From Candidatus Moraniibacteriota bacterium (GTDB lineage: Bacteria > Patescibacteriota > Minisyncoccia > Moranbacterales > UBA1568), in assembly GCA_049294475.1 (NCBI GenBank), contig JBAQCV010000021.1, positions 1-45,803 on the forward strand: a DNA stretch of 45,803 nucleotides. The letters are read 5' to 3'. Shown piece after piece: positions 1 through 8,527 of the stretch; within the stretch, counting starts at the first letter, position 1, and every line of letters starts with the position of its first letter. The translations under genes and the position numbers were made by a program. The notes under the pieces were generated by a model. The model was not told the origin of the DNA and searched no databases. It was given only the letters and a program-made list of their open reading frames with translations.

Positions 1-1091
1 TGACACTGCTTCGCCCATGGAAATCCCATGGCCTGCAGAATATCGAACAAGACCTTGAAGTGATCATCCTGCTCGCATGCCACCACATAGATCGAGGCAT
101 CAAACGCATAGTCCTCGGCTTTCTTCACCGCTACGCCAAGATCCTGAGTCATATACACGCTCGTCCCATCACTCCGCAGCAGCACCCGCTTCTTCGGTAT
201 GCCATCTTTGCTGGTGCCGAATTTCTCTTCAGGGAGCATATACACGATGGCTCCTTTGTCATCCTTCGCGAAGATACCCTGCTCTACGCCTTTCTGGACG
301 ATGTCCTTCCCGAGCATATAGAGATCCGACTCGAAGTAGAACGCATCGAAAAGAAATCCGAGCTTCTCATAGGTCTCCGTGAAACCCGCATAGACCCACG
401 CGTTCATGGTCTTCCAGAGATTGATCGTTTCAGGATCTCCCTCTTCCCATTTCCGCAGGAGTGCTTGCGCCTCATCCTCGATCGTCGGATCATCTTTCGC
501 CACTTGAGCGAACTTGACGTAATACTCGCCGACAAAATGATCCCCTTTCTTCCCTGCGCTCTCCGGAGTTTCTCCGTTCGCAAACTTCTGCCATGCGAGC
601 ATCGACTTGCAGATATGCACGCCGCGATCATTGACGAGGTTCGCCTTGATGACAGTGTGACCCGTCCATGCAAGGATGTTCGAGATCGCCATCCCGAGAA
701 CGCCGTTACGCACATGCCCTAAGTGAAGCGGCTTGTTCGTATTCGGAGAGAGGTACTCGACCATGACAGTCTTCCCAACTGCCGAAACGGGCTCATTCGT
801 ACGGCATGCCGCTTCGAACAAAATACCATTTTTCAGCTTGGCATTGATGTACGGTCCCACAGCCTCATAGGTTGCGATGTCGTCTTCAGTCAAGTATCCA
901 ACCAGCTCCATCGCGATCACGGTCGGCGCCTTCTTGAACTGCTTTGCCAAAGCGAAACACTCGATAGCGAAATCACCGAACGACAGATCGGGAGGAATCA
1001 CTATTTTCACGGGTTCCGACGGTTGTTCACCGTACGCCGCAAAAACAGCATGATTCATCGCGGTCGCAAGTGCCTGTTCTATGCTCTTCAT
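1..1091 (-). CDS. argS: arginine--tRNA ligase, N-terminal part (gene continues past the left window edge)
   Basis: Absent from the ORF track because it is open at the edge. Hand translation from ATG at 1091 (GGAGG at 1097-1101, 5 nt upstream) gives MKSIEQALATAMNHAVF...VEYLSPNTNKPLHLGHVRNGVLG...NLVNDRGVHICKSMLAWQKF. This carries the class-I HIGH motif in ArgRS context, with no stop codon down to position 1. Confidence 0.85.
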   Translation of the reverse strand, partial: MKSIEQALATAMNHAVFAAYGEQPSEPVKIVIPPDLSFGDFAIECFALAKQFKKAPTVIAMELVGYLTEDDIATYEAVGPYINAKLKNGILFEAACRTNEPVSAVGKTVMVEYLSPNTNKPLHLGHVRNGVLGMAISNILAWTGHTVIKANLVNDRGVHICKSMLAWQKFANGETPESAGKKGDHFVGEYYVKFAQVAKDDPTIEDEAQALLRKWEEGDPETINLWKTMNAWVYAGFTETYEKLGFLFDAFYFESDLYMLGKDIVQKGVEQGIFAKDDKGAIVYMLPEEKFGTSKDGIPKKRVLLRSDGTSVYMTQDLGVAVKKAEDYAFDASIYVVACEQDDHFKVLFDILQAMGFPWAKQC

Positions 1092-1211
1092 GATTGCCTC
1101 CAATAGCTAAAAATTAAGGTACCGCTTGCTTGATTACTAACACTATATCCGCAGTATGTCAAGAGTTTTGAATTTGTTTTTTTAATTTTTTTATTATGAG
1201 GTTCTGCAATA

Positions 1212-2324
1212 TTAATTCCGTTTCAAGAAATCAATCAGTATCTCATACATCTCATATAGAGAATTCGTATCGACCCACTCTCCGCTCTGATGCAACCCTC
1301 CGCCTTTTGGCCTGAAAAGCGCCGCCGGAATACCATGTTCGGTAAAAAAAACCGCATCGCTTGTTCCGCTCTCGCACACGAATGAAATGTCTTTTTTCGT
1401 TCGCTCACGCAAGGTGTGTGCGAGCATTTGCACATAGTGATTCTTTTCTTCCGAAAAAAACACACCATTCTCGGCGATTACTTCAACCGCTCCTTTTCTC
1501 CCGATCGTTTTTCGTAGCAATGCTTTGATCCGGATCAAATCTTTTTTATTCACATATCGAATATCGAAATATGCGATAGCCAATCCCGGAACTTGGTTAG
1601 TGCTGTTGTTTGTCTCCACTTTTGTAAGTACTGCGCTGGTCCGCCACTCATTACGTTTGCTCGGATCCGGAAAGGTTTTCACAATCGTCTCCTGCAATCG
1701 CAGGACTTTGAGAAGTGCATTATCGCCATCCCATACATATGCCGCATGCGCGCTTTCCCCAAGCACCGTCACCTTGATCTGTGCAAATCCTTTCTGTTTC
1801 AATACTATTCCGGTATCATTGCCGCCATCGGCGATAAACGCGAAATCTCCACGATATCCTTCTTTTGCCAACAGCATCCGCGTCCCATGCCCCGTCGTCT
1901 CTTCATCGGACGTTATCATGATCGCAATCTCTTTGTCTCCGTATTTTTTCCGATATTCGACAGCGGCATAGATGCACGCGACGATACCGGCTTTCATATC
2001 ATATGCACCGCGGCCATACAGCTTCGCGCCTTTCATCATCGGTTTGAACATCGATTTCTCACCGGGCACGACGTCGATATGTCCTGAAAAAACGATGTCT
2101 ACTCTCTTTTTTGTGGTCGTTGATAAGACAAGAGCAGGATGACCGCGGAAAACATATCTCTTCACATAAAAATCTTTCTTGAAAGTACTCGCCAAAACAT
2201 CAAGGCAAGTTTCTTGTCCTCTGATATTTGATTCAATAGACTCGATCGCAATCAGACGTTCTGAGAGAGCAATGATCCGATTCTTTAATTCTTGTATCAT
2301 ACAAAACGGGTTATGAACTATCAA
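1212..2324 (-). CDS. M20 family metallopeptidase/deacylase (ArgE/DapE/PepD-like)
   Basis: 370-aa ORF with M20 metal and catalytic motifs GHIDVVPG, GRGAYDMKAG, SDEETTG and C-terminal GGGLHQSGEW. The TTG start at 2324 lies 1 nt after the upstream stop; an alternative ATG is at 2300. Confidence 0.8.
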   Translation of the reverse strand: MIVHNPFCMIQELKNRIIALSERLIAIESIESNIRGQETCLDVLASTFKKDFYVKRYVFRGHPALVLSTTTKKRVDIVFSGHIDVVPGEKSMFKPMMKGAKLYGRGAYDMKAGIVACIYAAVEYRKKYGDKEIAIMITSDEETTGHGTRMLLAKEGYRGDFAFIADGGNDTGIVLKQKGFAQIKVTVLGESAHAAYVWDGDNALLKVLRLQETIVKTFPDPSKRNEWRTSAVLTKVETNNSTNQVPGLAIAYFDIRYVNKKDLIRIKALLRKTIGRKGAVEVIAENGVFFSEEKNHYVQMLAHTLRERTKKDISFVCESGTSDAVFFTEHGIPAALFRPKGGGLHQSGEWVDTNSLYEMYEILIDFLKRN

Positions 2325-2325
2325 A

Positions 2326-3486
2326 CTACTTATTTTTCTCGACTCCTAGCCCAGGGGTGTTCGGGATATATGCTTTGAGCCCATCAAAGACCAGCCCCTT
2401 GAAAGGATCCCGTTTTATCTTGTCTGGTAACGTCAAGTCATGGCTGACAAAATTCCCCAGTGTCGCCGCATGCAGGTTTGCAGCCGTCCCGAGACTGGAG
2501 TGCAGCATATCCCCAAGCATATATTTCAGCTGATGCGCGTCACAGAAGTCAATCATTTTTTTTGCTTCGATGATTCCGCCACATTTGGCGAGCTTGATAT
2601 TTATCATATCGATCGATTTTCTCAGATACAGGTTTTCCAGATCCAAAATAGTATGGCAGCTCTCATCAGCCATTATCGGGATTCTTGTGTTTCTCCTGAT
2701 GTCTGCCAATCCCTCATAATCAGCATGATATATCGGCTGTTCAATCCATGCGATATTGAATTTTTCCAGTTTTTTTATCGCCTGAAGCGCATTCTCCGAA
2801 TTCTCCCATCCCTGATTGACATCAACGACAAAAGAGTATTCAGGATTTATTTTTGAAAGCCTGTCAAAGATCCTGACCAACGGATCGATGTCATTCCCTG
2901 CTTTGAATTTGAAATACGCAACACCTTGTTTGCTGATCTCCTCTATTTCTTTTTTCAGTTTGTGAAAATCATTTTCCTCAAAAGAAAATACCTTTTGCGA
3001 AGTGACATATTCCTTTTTTATCCCTCCAAACAGTTCGTATACCGGTTTATTTTTGAACTTTCCCAAAGCATCCAAAAGGGCGGCCTCCAGCCCGGCCTTC
3101 AGCGCCGTATTTCCATAAATATACTTCTTGGCTTCAGACAAGGTTTTTTCAACATCAGATACGCTCCCAATTCTTTTATTTTTCAATATCGGTTTGATGA
3201 TCGAATCAAACATTTCAATGCCTCCGTCCTGCATTTCGCCAGTCGTGTCCCAACCCAAAGCCGCCTCTCCATAACCGACTATTCCATTATCAAATCTGAC
3301 CGTGATGATTATATACGGCAAATGATTCAAAGTGGCCAAAAAATAAGAAAAGGGTCTTGCCAATCTTATGTCCGCTTTTTTGGCTTCAGCCCTTATTATT
3401 TTCATGGTATTGATAGTAACATGCCTAGTAAAAAAATCAAGGATAGTTGAATATAATTCAGCTATCCTTGCAATGGCCTGATTCAT
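2326..3486 (-). CDS. enolase-superfamily (MLE subgroup) dipeptide epimerase-like enzyme (L-Ala-D/L-Glu epimerase family)
   Basis: 386-aa ORF with the KxK motif (AYFKFKAG), metal ligands in VDVNQGW / IEQP / MADES, and a second catalytic Lys in INIKLAKCGG. The ATG at 3486 overlaps the upstream stop as ATGA; an alternative start is at 3405. Confidence 0.8.
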   Translation of the reverse strand: MNQAIARIAELYSTILDFFTRHVTINTMKIIRAEAKKADIRLARPFSYFLATLNHLPYIIITVRFDNGIVGYGEAALGWDTTGEMQDGGIEMFDSIIKPILKNKRIGSVSDVEKTLSEAKKYIYGNTALKAGLEAALLDALGKFKNKPVYELFGGIKKEYVTSQKVFSFEENDFHKLKKEIEEISKQGVAYFKFKAGNDIDPLVRIFDRLSKINPEYSFVVDVNQGWENSENALQAIKKLEKFNIAWIEQPIYHADYEGLADIRRNTRIPIMADESCHTILDLENLYLRKSIDMINIKLAKCGGIIEAKKMIDFCDAHQLKYMLGDMLHSSLGTAANLHAATLGNFVSHDLTLPDKIKRDPFKGLVFDGLKAYIPNTPGLGVEKNK

Positions 3487-4703
3487 AGCCTTTCGAGAGC
3501 TTGATCGAAGACCTCTCTGGCGTCATCCAACGATGTCGATGAGATACCAGTGATGTCGACATAACCGAATTCCATGACACCCGGATTGGTTACAATCACG
3601 AATGCTTTATTGTTCGGAGTCATAAGATCGGATAACTTTTTCTGAATCATGGAAAAAGCATCCTTTCCCTGAACTCCTTCGACTCGGTTATGTTTGTGAT
3701 GGAAGAAATGGTCGCCGCCATTAAAATGCACTTCTGCCATCCGCTTTGCCATGCTATGGGCATAGATTATAGCTCCCTTCCTCGGATTGAAATCAATCCA
3801 GTTGATCACTCCATTGCTGTCTATGATGATATCGCAGCAATAGAATCCCAATGCCTCTTTGCGTTTCAGAGTCGGAGCAAATATGCTCTCGAATTGATAC
3901 TTGATCAGCTCTTTTATCTTTCCAATCGATACCGGAAAATAGGCACCTGCATATCCGAAGTTAACCGCAAGCTGACCGAAGATGTCGACGATTTTCCATC
4001 CCCCATCAGCTGTCATCTCCCAATGCAGGGAAACTTCAGCTTCTTTGTCGTCAATAATCCTTTCCAACACCATGTTGCAGCCGAAATCGCCGATTCTTTG
4101 ATTGATGGCAATGATATCCTCATGGGATTCAATTTTCGCCATACCGTTGCAGGATATACCGCCGGTCCCGTCATCGGATTTCAACAAGAACCTGCCATGT
4201 TTCTCCAGAAAATGAGTGGCCTGCTGAAAAAAATGCTCCTTCTTTTCACACAGTTCCCATATCGGAGTCATAAGGCCGATTTCTTCAAACATCGACTTGA
4301 AGTGATGCTTGCGGGACAGAGGAAGCGAGACATCAAAATTACAGTAAGCTGGAATGCCGAGTTCTTGAGAAAGTTTCCTCTCCATCTCCTCGATCGTAAA
4401 AAATTCCAACCTTGCCTCATGACCATTGACCATCGTCTGCAAATCTTTCTTAAGCTGATTATTATTCATAATCAGCTCGGACAACGTGTATTGGGGATTG
4501 AAAGGTCCTGCCACAAGAAAGCGTGGCAGTTCGAATCCTATCCCCTCCCAATAGCGAAGGTATCCTTCATTAATTGGGTTAGTGGTAATAATCACATCGT
4601 CTTTACCAGCCTGGCAAAGTCCGCCCCGTTGGTCATAGTCCTGTTCCATTTCGACTCCACGGAACAGCCTGTTACTTTGTGAATCGATGATAACTCTGAT
4701 CAT
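3483..4703 (-). CDS. ATP-grasp ligase with pre-ATP-grasp N-terminal domain (PGM1-like peptide/amino-acid ligase)
   Basis: 406-aa ORF. The C-terminal half has ATP-grasp-like features (LLKSDDGTGG, and INWIDFNPRKG resembling the ExN Mg site). It has ATGA overlaps with both neighbours. Family assignment is by recall of PGM1-type proteins, not by search. Confidence 0.6.
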   Translation of the reverse strand: MIRVIIDSQSNRLFRGVEMEQDYDQRGGLCQAGKDDVIITTNPINEGYLRYWEGIGFELPRFLVAGPFNPQYTLSELIMNNNQLKKDLQTMVNGHEARLEFFTIEEMERKLSQELGIPAYCNFDVSLPLSRKHHFKSMFEEIGLMTPIWELCEKKEHFFQQATHFLEKHGRFLLKSDDGTGGISCNGMAKIESHEDIIAINQRIGDFGCNMVLERIIDDKEAEVSLHWEMTADGGWKIVDIFGQLAVNFGYAGAYFPVSIGKIKELIKYQFESIFAPTLKRKEALGFYCCDIIIDSNGVINWIDFNPRKGAIIYAHSMAKRMAEVHFNGGDHFFHHKHNRVEGVQGKDAFSMIQKKLSDLMTPNNKAFVIVTNPGVMEFGYVDITGISSTSLDDAREVFDQALERL

Positions 4704-5953
4704 GGCTTGTCACCTCCTATCATCTGTTCTATCAACGATTTCAAATCACCAGCTAAAATCGTCTTATTGACATAGAGAATCCTATCTTCCCTGACTGCAT
4801 GCTCGCCTACGAGCAGGTCAGGCCTTTTCTCCATCGCTTTCTGCGTCAGCAATTCAGCCAACGACGGCGCCACTTTCCGGATTCCGTCCATGTCTTTCAC
4901 GCCATGTCCGGTAAAACCGATAAGAATAACGTCGTTCTTGGAAAATCTTTCCTTATGCTTCAGGGCTGCTGCCAAACCCATGATTCCCGTTGGCTCAGGT
5001 ACGACTCCTTGTTCCACAAGATTGCCGTCTTTCGCCAACAGCTCATAGGCTAAGCCGAGATCCTCATTCAGAAGGTCACCCAAAGGGAAACCGCCAGAAA
5101 GGTACACGGCATGCATAAGCTGAGGCATGCTATAACTTGCGATGGCAATCGATCCCTCGGCCGCATCTATGGCGTGTTCGTCGACCCTGAACTCCTGATA
5201 TTCTTCCAGATATCCGCTTCCCTCGAATGCAATTTCCGTAGGAAACGCTCCAGCCATTCCGACTGGAACTATTTTGGGAAGCGTCGCGACCAAGCCATCC
5301 AAGGCCAGCGCGATACCGGCGAGATAGCTCCCGTTTCCGACTCCCGCAAGGATATGCGTCGGAATCGGATCGAGGCTCGCAATCTGTTCAGCTATCGGAG
5401 CAAAACCCGAAAGCAAAAACTCATTGCTCACATTGGCATTATAGAACCCTTCGAGATTCATTCCTGCCACCAGAGAATACACGTCCTCGAATATCGCTTC
5501 TTTCACTCCGACAACATAAACATTGCACATGGATGAGAGCATGCCGATCTTTGAAGATGTCGCCGGTATGAAGACAACGGCTCTTGCTCCGTTCTTGACA
5601 ACATATTTTGCCAGCGAAACAGCATGATTACCCGATGAAACGATGAAAAATACTTCGTGTCCGGATTCACGACCGAGCTTCACGGCCCTCTCGACGCTAT
5701 AGTCTTTCATGCTTCCGGAAAAATTCATGCCCTCGTCTCTGACATAAACTTTTCCAACGCCAAGGGTTTCGGCGATGACCTCCGACTCATAAATCGGAAC
5801 AGGCCTCAAGTCACGGTTTATACCATACTCGACCCCGAGCGGCCACATCAGCCCATAATGTTTGATGTCATGGTGAAACGAACTTTTGTGAAGGTCGACT
5901 GAATGTCCGTCGACAACACAATTACATATCAAACAACGAAATTGTTTGTCCAC
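4700..5953 (-). CDS. fold-type II PLP-dependent enzyme, threonine synthase/cysteine synthase-like, with N-terminal Cys/His cluster
   Basis: 417-aa ORF with a PLP-lysine motif FSGSMKD (compare GSFKDR), SSGNHA, Gly-rich loop GVGNGS and PEPTG. The N-terminus reads CLICNC..H..H..HH. It has a GTG start with GGAGGTG about 5 nt upstream. Confidence 0.75.
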   Translation of the reverse strand: MDKQFRCLICNCVVDGHSVDLHKSSFHHDIKHYGLMWPLGVEYGINRDLRPVPIYESEVIAETLGVGKVYVRDEGMNFSGSMKDYSVERAVKLGRESGHEVFFIVSSGNHAVSLAKYVVKNGARAVVFIPATSSKIGMLSSMCNVYVVGVKEAIFEDVYSLVAGMNLEGFYNANVSNEFLLSGFAPIAEQIASLDPIPTHILAGVGNGSYLAGIALALDGLVATLPKIVPVGMAGAFPTEIAFEGSGYLEEYQEFRVDEHAIDAAEGSIAIASYSMPQLMHAVYLSGGFPLGDLLNEDLGLAYELLAKDGNLVEQGVVPEPTGIMGLAAALKHKERFSKNDVILIGFTGHGVKDMDGIRKVAPSLAELLTQKAMEKRPDLLVGEHAVREDRILYVNKTILAGDLKSLIEQMIGGDKP

Positions 5954-6150
5954 GAAACACCTCCAGTTTTGAGTTACGTCACAGTGGGATTACAAGCGTA
6001 TGAGTCGCAGACGAAGCTGAGCCTAGTACATAAGCGTCGTCCTAATGAATACAGGCCTTAATTAAGATGCGGATGGTCTCAATTTACATATCGCTATTCT
6101 ATTGTTAAAGGACGCCTTCCTACAATATGCCGCAAAAGCGACAACAATAC

Positions 6151-6179
6151 AAATTAGCTCTGTTTTTGAAAAAAGTCAA
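6151..6179 (-). promoter_or_regulatory. sigma70-like promoter for the PLP/ATP-grasp/epimerase/M20 operon
   Basis: On the minus strand, TTGACT (6179-6174) is followed by a 17-nt spacer and TAATTT (6156-6151). This leaves a leader of about 190 nt before the GTG at 5953. Confidence 0.5.
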
Positions 6180-6188
6180 CCCCTTAAT

Positions 6189-6215
6189 CAAAAACAAACG
6201 ACCATGGGGTCGTTT
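6189..6215 (-). terminator. rho-independent terminator
   Basis: The minus strand reads AAACGACC-CCAT-GGTCGTTT followed by GTTTTT, an 8-bp stem with a 4-nt loop. It sits immediately upstream of the operon promoter. Confidence 0.6.
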
Positions 6216-6456
6216 GATAATATTTTAAATAATTTCGCTTATTTCAAACATTAACAAATGACTCCTGATATAGCTTTCAGGCTTCGACGCCGCCACAATA
6301 TAATTATCTGAATTTCCTTATCCAAATATCCCATATGCTTCTTAATATAGTTTACCTGTTTATTCACATGATACCATATTAAGCAAAACGGTCAATGATC
6401 TCAGCTACGGGTCATACTCACGCTGGCTTTGAAACAAACTCTTGATGTTGCATTAC

Positions 6457-6625
6457 AAAAAAACCACCGTGTCAACCCCGTTAGATATCCGGGGAACACC
6501 AGTTGGTACAGCATATAGAGCCACCAGGCGACTTTGTCTCGTAAGCGTCAAACACAACACTCCCAAGCAAGATATCTCACGGGGTCAATCACCAGTGGCT
6601 CTTTTTGGCTTGAATAAGGGATACT
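6457..6625 (-). repeat. copy A of a ~56-bp terminator-containing repeat, interrupted by an insertion
   Basis: Segments 6457-6475 plus 6589-6625 match 8491-8546 with 3 mismatches (aaaaaaaccaccgtgtcaa|tcacNagtggctctttttggcttgNataagNgatact). Confidence 0.85.
6476..6584. mobile_element. MITE-like 109-bp insertion in a terminator loop
   Basis: Terminal inverted repeats ccccgttagatatc (6476-6489) and gatatctcacgggg (6571-6584) match 13/14. It is flanked by TCAA at 6472-6475 and 6585-6588. An uninterrupted 'empty site' exists at 8498-8519. No coding capacity is evident. Confidence 0.6.
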
Positions 6626-6698
6626 TTCTCTCAGAAGCTGCTCTCAACACCGAAACAAGCCTTTATTCCGAAAGGGGTCGGACAGAAAAGTCGTCAAA

Positions 6699-7420
6699 TC
6701 ACAATTTTCTCAATTTAGACAGTATTTCTTCTCGAGCACTCTCAATAAATTTCTGGTAGTCAGTATCGGAAGAAGGCATATCAATCGATTCTATAACGCT
6801 CATTGAATTCTTCCCATCGACGGATAATGTTGGAGACGAGACACCAAGTACTATTTTCTGAAAATTCAAAGCTCTAGCTAGATTCAAGAAGCCCGACTTA
6901 AAGGGTAACATCTCAGCTTCCCCTGTCGATTTTCCTTCCGGATATATAACAATAGAGTTCCCTGGGGTGTATTGTTCTATAATCTCATTAAATCTATTGT
7001 TGGAACCTCTGGTTATTATTATGTGCCAACATTCCTCCATCGCTTCTCGCCAACCATTATCCAACGAAACTGTTGAGAACGGCCTTTTTAGAAGTTTTTT
7101 TAACATCAATTGGCGTATAAGCGGGTAATTGAATCTATCGAATCCAAAAGTATTTCCACCTTTGACATTTTGTATTTTTTCTGCAGGTATGCTAAGAGAC
7201 CGATCAAGCTTTGGATGATTTGAGATAAAAATCACTGGGTCGCTGATTTTTGAAAGGACGTCTTTTTCATCAGTAACGGTAGTTACGATAGCTTTTTCAA
7301 TTTCCTCGGCTAGCGTATCGAATTTTTTGATCCTAAAAAATATTCCTCAACTAGATTAAGATAATTCTCCTCTGTTTCACTTTTATTTTCCGATTTGTTC
7401 GGTATGAGGAATTCTTTCAT
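6699..7420 (-). pseudogene. acyltransferase-like gene (PlsC/LPLAT-like) split by a -1 frameshift
   Basis: The track ORF 6699-7235 (VIFISNHPKLD..., IYPEGKST) stays open upstream to 7346 without a start codon. A 36-codon ORF from ATG 7420 (MKEFLIPNKSENKSETEENYLNLVEEYFLGSKNSIR*) joins it in the -1 frame at the T6/A run 7335-7340. The H-to-D spacing in the catalytic motif is non-canonical. Confidence 0.5.
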
Positions 7421-7474
7421 AGCAAGACATATAGGCACCTATAAACAAAGTTACCCGTAATGTGTTTATTTATT

Positions 7475-8236
7475 TCATATATCACCCAGCCATTTTGACA
7501 TAATGTTGCCAATTTCATCAAGGTGAGCCTCATCTTTAAATACGTGACTGGCACTTTTTATTATATGCAGCTCTTTTTTGCCAGGCAGTTGCTCAAAGAA
7601 AATCTTTTGATGGGAGACAGGAGTGGTCAAATCCTGATCCCCTACTATCAAAAGAACTGGCATAGTCAGTTTCTCGACATTATTCAACAAATCGTATTTC
7701 ATAATATCTTCAGCGAAAGCCCATTTTAGAATTTTTTGCTTACCAGAACTGGAATTGCTCGCTTCTCTTATCCAAATACCTTTCTTTTCCCAATTTTCAA
7801 GCATCTCTTTGTCTTGGGCTTGCCTCCATAGTGTACCGGAAACGACGACAGATACTGGAACGAGAGCTTTTACTTCATTCGGATATTTCTCCGCGAAAAG
7901 CGATATTGATAATCCTCCTATGCTATGCCCAGCCAGTACGAACGGATCTTTGTATTGGAAATTATCCTTAGCCCAACCTATCACATCTTCCAAATCCTCA
8001 TAATAATTGGTTGTGGTAGCGTCGGAATAATTCCCATCGCTCTTTCCAAATGTGTTTGTGGTATCAAAACTTATAACGGTATAGCCATTCTCTTTCAAAA
8101 CATCCGCTAGTACACGTATGTGCAACTGTTCCTTGAATCCTCCCAGACCATGCGTAACGAATGCCAGACTGGAAGTATTTTCATTTTTATCTATAACAAC
8201 GGATATATTCTGGCCTTTTCTATTTTTTATGATCAT
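7475..8236 (-). CDS. alpha/beta-fold serine hydrolase
   Basis: 253-aa ORF with oxyanion motif THGLGG, nucleophile elbow GHSIGG, acid GDQD and His in SASHVF. Confidence 0.8.
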   Translation of the reverse strand: MIIKNRKGQNISVVIDKNENTSSLAFVTHGLGGFKEQLHIRVLADVLKENGYTVISFDTTNTFGKSDGNYSDATTTNYYEDLEDVIGWAKDNFQYKDPFVLAGHSIGGLSISLFAEKYPNEVKALVPVSVVVSGTLWRQAQDKEMLENWEKKGIWIREASNSSSGKQKILKWAFAEDIMKYDLLNNVEKLTMPVLLIVGDQDLTTPVSHQKIFFEQLPGKKELHIIKSASHVFKDEAHLDEIGNIMSKWLGDI

Positions 8237-8490
8237 GAGTTATTTGTTAGTAGATTAAGAAGAAAATAAGTCAAGTACCGAGAGCGGGGTATAGATCCCG
8301 AAATCCACCGCAGACTGGACTGTCTCAGGTTTCGTTTCCTCCATTTTCTTCCCATCCGTCATAAATACCCTGTCATATCAATACTCTCATAGAGAAATAT
8401 TCTTCAGGATAACCAACAAAAATCCTTTTGTATTGGAAAAGGCTTTTCTAAAGCAATTATATCACAAAACCAGAACACCAATTATACACC

Positions 8491-8527
8491 AAAAAAACCA
8501 CCGTGTCAATCACGAGTGGCTCTTTTT
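8491..8527 (-). terminator. rho-independent terminator downstream of the Fic gene (intact copy B of the repeat; repeat extends to 8546)
   Basis: The minus strand reads CCACTCGTG-ATTGA-CACGGTGG followed by TTTTTTT. Confidence 0.75.

Noticed and set aside
60-1106. Plus-strand ORFs 60-722 and 723-1106 at the left edge.
   Set aside because: They are antisense to a continuous minus-strand reading frame with a clear ArgRS sequence and a GGAGG ribosome-binding site. The real gene is missing from the track only because it is open at the window edge.
6442-6759. 105-aa plus-strand ORF in the long spacer.
   Set aside because: It runs straight through the split terminator repeat and the MITE-like insertion and overlaps the 3' end of the acyltransferase-like gene. 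It has no ribosome-binding site and no recognisable motif.
8330-8440. 35-codon minus-strand ORF (MTDGKKMEETKPETVQSAVDFGIYTPLSVLDLFSS) upstream of the hydrolase gene.
   Set aside because: It is too short, with no ribosome-binding site and no recognisable motif. It may be a gene remnant, but I cannot support calling it.
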